NCBI GenBank assembly: GCA_045863235.1
Contig: BTUM01000124.1
Coordinates: 1 to 18,058 of the forward strand
From: Candidatus Xenobia bacterium
GTDB lineage: Bacteria > Vulcanimicrobiota > Xenobia > Xenobiales > QWHO01
Direction: 5' to 3'
Length of the DNA: 18,058 nucleotides
Part shown: positions 15,321 to 18,058 of the stretch, one piece after another
Layout of the letters: the number at the start of each line of letters is the position of its first letter
Position numbering within the stretch: position 1 is the first letter of the stretch
Translations under genes and position numbers: made by a program
The notes under the pieces: generated by a model
Databases searched by the model: none
Told to the model about the DNA's origin: nothing
Seen by the model: the letters and a program-made list of their open reading frames with translations, nothing else

Positions 15321-16291
15321 GAGCTACCGTCCCCACGCCGACGAGAGGTCGCCGGCCGTTTTGATTCGGGCGCGGGGCCCGCGGATGCAACAAAGCTGAC
15401 TGTGGAAGGGGTGGGCTCATCGCTCCGGGCGCGATCAATGGCCAGATCGGCAAAGCTGCCGACCACTTGCTGGAAATAGGGCTCGGACAGGCTCCACCAG
15501 TCGAAGTCGGGCACCGGATAGGCCCGGTCGAGCAGCCACGGCTCGCCGTGCTGGATGGCAAACTCCACCACGCTGACCTCGTAACCCAGGGCCCGGGTGA
15601 GCTTTTGGGCAGCTTCCACCACGCCCTCTTCGATCGAGCGGGGGAGGCTGTCGGTCTCCAGATAGACTTCGCTGTCGGGATCAAACGCCCGGCAGTGGAA
15701 GCTCGAGCCCACGCCCAGACAGCGCACGTAGGCCTCGCGCGGCACGCGGGCCTGCAGCAAGGCCAGGTTCTGGCCGCTGTGGTTGTAGTGGTAAAGCAGC
15801 TCGCGCAGGGAGTTGACGGGTTTGTGCTCGCGTGACCAACCGCGTGCCGACTTGAGCACGGCGGGGAGGCCCACCCGCTCGAGAATGCCCTCCCAGGGGA
15901 GCGGGTACTCGAGGTTTTGCAGGAACTCCGGCGTGATCTCCTGGGGGTAGCTGTGGGAGGGCAGGAGCAGCGTGGCGGGCACGCTGATCCCCAGGCGCTG
16001 GGCCAGCCCGAGTTGCAGGAAGCGGTCGTCCAGGTCGGACCAGAGGGGGTTGTTGACCACGTAGGTGGTGGAGTTGACGGCCGCGTGGCGCAGATACTCG
16101 CGGTAGAGGGGGATGGCGTGCGAGATGCGGTCGATGATCACCCGGTAAGGACAGCTCTCCACGGCCGAAACGGCCCCCAGTCGCACCGCCTCGGCACGCA
16201 CGTCCTTCAGGCGGCGAGCGTTGATTTCGTGGATCAGGGCCGGAGGAAAGGTCTCCTCCCGGCCATACAGCAAACCAATGAGGCGGGGCAT
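15317..16291 (-). CDS. RimK/glutathione synthetase-like ATP-grasp protein with degenerate catalytic motifs
   Basis: 324 aa from ATG 16291 (MPRLIGLLYGREETFPPAL); VIIDRISH, VVNNPLW, LGISVPATLLLP, VGLPAVLK, LGYEVSVVEFA. The stop overlaps the next start (ATGA 15320-15317). The 35-codon extension in the track lies in repeat-containing intergenic DNA. Confidence 0.82.
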   Translation of the reverse strand: MPRLIGLLYGREETFPPALIHEINARRLKDVRAEAVRLGAVSAVESCPYRVIIDRISHAIPLYREYLRHAAVNSTTYVVNNPLWSDLDDRFLQLGLAQRLGISVPATLLLPSHSYPQEITPEFLQNLEYPLPWEGILERVGLPAVLKSARGWSREHKPVNSLRELLYHYNHSGQNLALLQARVPREAYVRCLGVGSSFHCRAFDPDSEVYLETDSLPRSIEEGVVEAAQKLTRALGYEVSVVEFAIQHGEPWLLDRAYPVPDFDWWSLSEPYFQQVVGSFADLAIDRARSDEPTPSTVSFVASAGPAPESKRPATSRRRGDGSS

Positions 16292-16324
16292 CGGGCCGGC
16301 CTTCGTGCCCTGTCGGGCCAGTCC

Positions 16325-16432
16325 TGCGCGGGGAGTCGGGCCATCGGCGGGAGTTGCACGGGTCACGCGGCGGTCAGTGCGGTTTGGGCTGGGCACTCGG
16401 GCAGGTCGGGCACTCGGTGGCGCAACCTCGGG
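16325..16432 (-). repeat. Degenerate copies of the 1-231 repeat unit lacking the central palindrome
   Basis: The reverse complement of 16381-16432 contains GGTTGCGCCACCGAGTG-CCCGACCTGCCC (17-nt exact match to 12-28, then a near match to 44-55). 16325-16350 reads CCGCCGATGG-CCCGACTCCCCGCGCA. Confidence 0.7.
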
Positions 16433-16442
16433 TCGAAGGCCG

Positions 16443-18058
16443 TCAGCCTTTGCCTTTGCGCACCTTGGCGGCCAGCTTGGGTTTGCCCAGACGCTCGTAG
16501 ATGCCGGCCAGCTGCTCGGCCACCTCGGGGGCGGCTCCCAGCTTGAGGGCTTTCTGGAACTGCACTACCGCCAACTGGCTCTGACCGGAGGCCTCGTAGG
16601 CCTGGGCCAGGGCGACCAGGAAGGCAACGGCGTCGGGCTTCTGACTGACCAGGTCGCGGAAGAAGGCCACTCGCTGCTCGGGCTGGAGCAGGCCTTCGAG
16701 CTGGCGAGCCAGCGAGGAATTGTCCGGGTTCTCCAGGAGCTGAGCTCGCAGCTCGTCGGCGCTGGCGGTGGGGAGCGGGGGCTCGTCCTCCTCCTCGGGC
16801 TTGGGCGAGCGCGGGTTGACGGAGACGACCAGGTTGAGCCCGGCTCGCTTCTGGGCGCGCTGAAAGGCCCTCAGCTCGGCACCCACCGGGCCGGCTTCGG
16901 CCCACTGGCGCAGGCACTCGTCGCGCAGCTCGCTGGCCCCGGTCTCGTCGGGAAGCAACTCCACCCGGCGCTGGGCCAGCCTGACCGCTTCGGGGTGGCG
17001 CCCGCGCGCGCCTCGCTCCAGGGCTTGCTCGGCACAAAGAGAGGCCAGCTTGATGCGGACGGCGGCGTCGTCCACCAGCTCGAGGCAGTTATCCAGAATG
17101 TAGACCGCCTCTTCCAGGGCTCCGGCTTCCTCGAGCGCAGCGGCCAGGTCGAGGCTGTGGCTCTGGAAGAAATCGCGCACGGGATGGCTGTAAGGCGCCG
17201 CCACCAGCCAGCCACGGGCCAGCTCGAGGGCCGCCAGGGAGGAGGCCATACCTGCCCACAGACCAGCGTTGGAAGCAGCCTCCTCCAGGCGATAGAGCTC
17301 GCGCAGCGTAGCCGTCTGGTCGGCCTGCTGACGGCCCCGCTTGGAGGGTAGCTCGAAAGCCTTCTGCTGGGCTCGTCCAAGCTGGTGGCGAGGGCCGAGT
17401 TGCTCGACCGGCTCCGGGCTGTCGGGCAGGTAGAGGTCGTTCTCCGACCAGTCGTCCTGAGAAACGGGCTCCTCTTCTGGCTCCTGGGACGGATGCTGGA
17501 GCGGCGCCCGGGAGGACGGAGGCTCCTCTTCCTGAGCCTCTCCGGCAGATGCATCAGAGGGCCTTTCCGTGGGGGCTGCCAGGGTCGTCTCGGCCTCCCG
17601 GGCCAGCCCGGCTTCCTCGGCCGTCTCGGGCTGCTCGTTGACCCGAGCGGTCTCGGGCTCCTGGGCCTGCACGGCGGTGGCTCCCTCGGCCTGCTCGGGC
17701 TCCTGAATCTGCTCGGCGATGGCTTCCACGGCCGCTTCTGGCTCCTGGAGCTGCTCTGCGATGGCTTCCTCGACTGTCTCGGGCGCCTGGGCCTGCTCTG
17801 CGATGGCTTCCTCGACTGTCTCGGGCTCTTGGGCCTGCTCTGCGACAGCTTCCACGGCCGCCTCGGGCTCCTGGGCCTGCTCGGCGGGGATGGCCTCCAC
17901 GGCCGCTTCTGGTTCCTGGGCCTGCTCGGCGGGGATGGCTTCCACGGCCGCTTCTGGTTCCTGGGCCTGCTCGGCGGGGATGGCTTCCACGGCCGCTTCT
18001 GGCTCCTGGGCCTGCTCGGCGGGGATGGCTTCCACGGCCGCTTCTGGCTCCTGGGCCT
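16443..18058 (-). CDS. 5'-truncated TPR-containing protein with long acidic Glu/Ala/Gln/Pro tandem-repeat region
   Basis: The frame stays open to the window edge; the track start GTG 18035 is a Val inside a repeat. C-terminal TPR-like helices: FLVALAQAYEASGQSQLAVVQFQKALKLG, EQLAGIYERLGK, LDLAAALEEAGALEEAVYILDNCLEL. Confidence 0.85.
   Translation of the reverse strand, partial: AQEPEAAVEAIPAEQAQEPEAAVEAIPAEQAQEPEAAVEAIPAEQAQEPEAAVEAIPAEQAQEPEAAVEAVAEQAQEPETVEEAIAEQAQAPETVEEAIAEQLQEPEAAVEAIAEQIQEPEQAEGATAVQAQEPETARVNEQPETAEEAGLAREAETTLAAPTERPSDASAGEAQEEEPPSSRAPLQHPSQEPEEEPVSQDDWSENDLYLPDSPEPVEQLGPRHQLGRAQQKAFELPSKRGRQQADQTATLRELYRLEEAASNAGLWAGMASSLAALELARGWLVAAPYSHPVRDFFQSHSLDLAAALEEAGALEEAVYILDNCLELVDDAAVRIKLASLCAEQALERGARGRHPEAVRLAQRRVELLPDETGASELRDECLRQWAEAGPVGAELRAFQRAQKRAGLNLVVSVNPRSPKPEEEDEPPLPTASADELRAQLLENPDNSSLARQLEGLLQPEQRVAFFRDLVSQKPDAVAFLVALAQAYEASGQSQLAVVQFQKALKLGAAPEVAEQLAGIYERLGKPKLAAKVRKGKG
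17658..18058 (-). repeat. Coding tandem repeat: at least four 45-bp units followed by five 42-bp units
   Basis: 45-bp units at 17868-18047 plus a partial to the edge (EAIPAEQAQEPEAAV). Diverged 42-bp units at 17658-17867 have lost the Pro codon (e.g. EAIAEQAQAPETVE). Confidence 0.95.

Noticed and set aside
17658..18058. Right-edge repeats as a CRISPR array or graspetide (RiPP) precursor
   Set aside because: There are no spacers and the units are in-frame coding repeats. The 45-bp units lack the Thr/Ser/Lys nucleophiles needed for graspetide ester or amide cross-links.

Overview
GC-rich bacterial genomic window with 14 credible protein-coding genes and no rRNA, tRNA or CRISPR array. From left to right: a cluster of REP-like palindromic repeats (1-231); a universal stress protein (+); a minus-strand block (read 5'->3': Rpn-family PD-(D/E)XK nuclease, secreted M13 peptidase, MFS transporter, CBS-pair protein, STAS protein, Uma2 nuclease); a plus-strand pair (LolA/DUF2092-like periplasmic protein, class II tRNA nucleotidyltransferase of the loop-less CC-adding type); and a second minus-strand block (5'-truncated TPR protein with acidic tandem repeats, degenerate RimK-like ATP-grasp, circularly permuted ATP-grasp, GltP-like symporter, GTP-dependent PEPCK, M61-PDZ peptidase). 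Best candidates for new biology: (i) the coupled ATP-grasp pair, one apparently a pseudo-enzyme, in a probable operon with an acidic amino-acid importer, PEPCK and a peptidase; (ii) candidate in-frame internal starts for small C-terminal proteins in both the Rpn and the Uma2 nuclease; (iii) two genes whose N-terminal coding sequence has no ATG/GTG/TTG start. All family calls are from motif recognition by eye; no database search was run.
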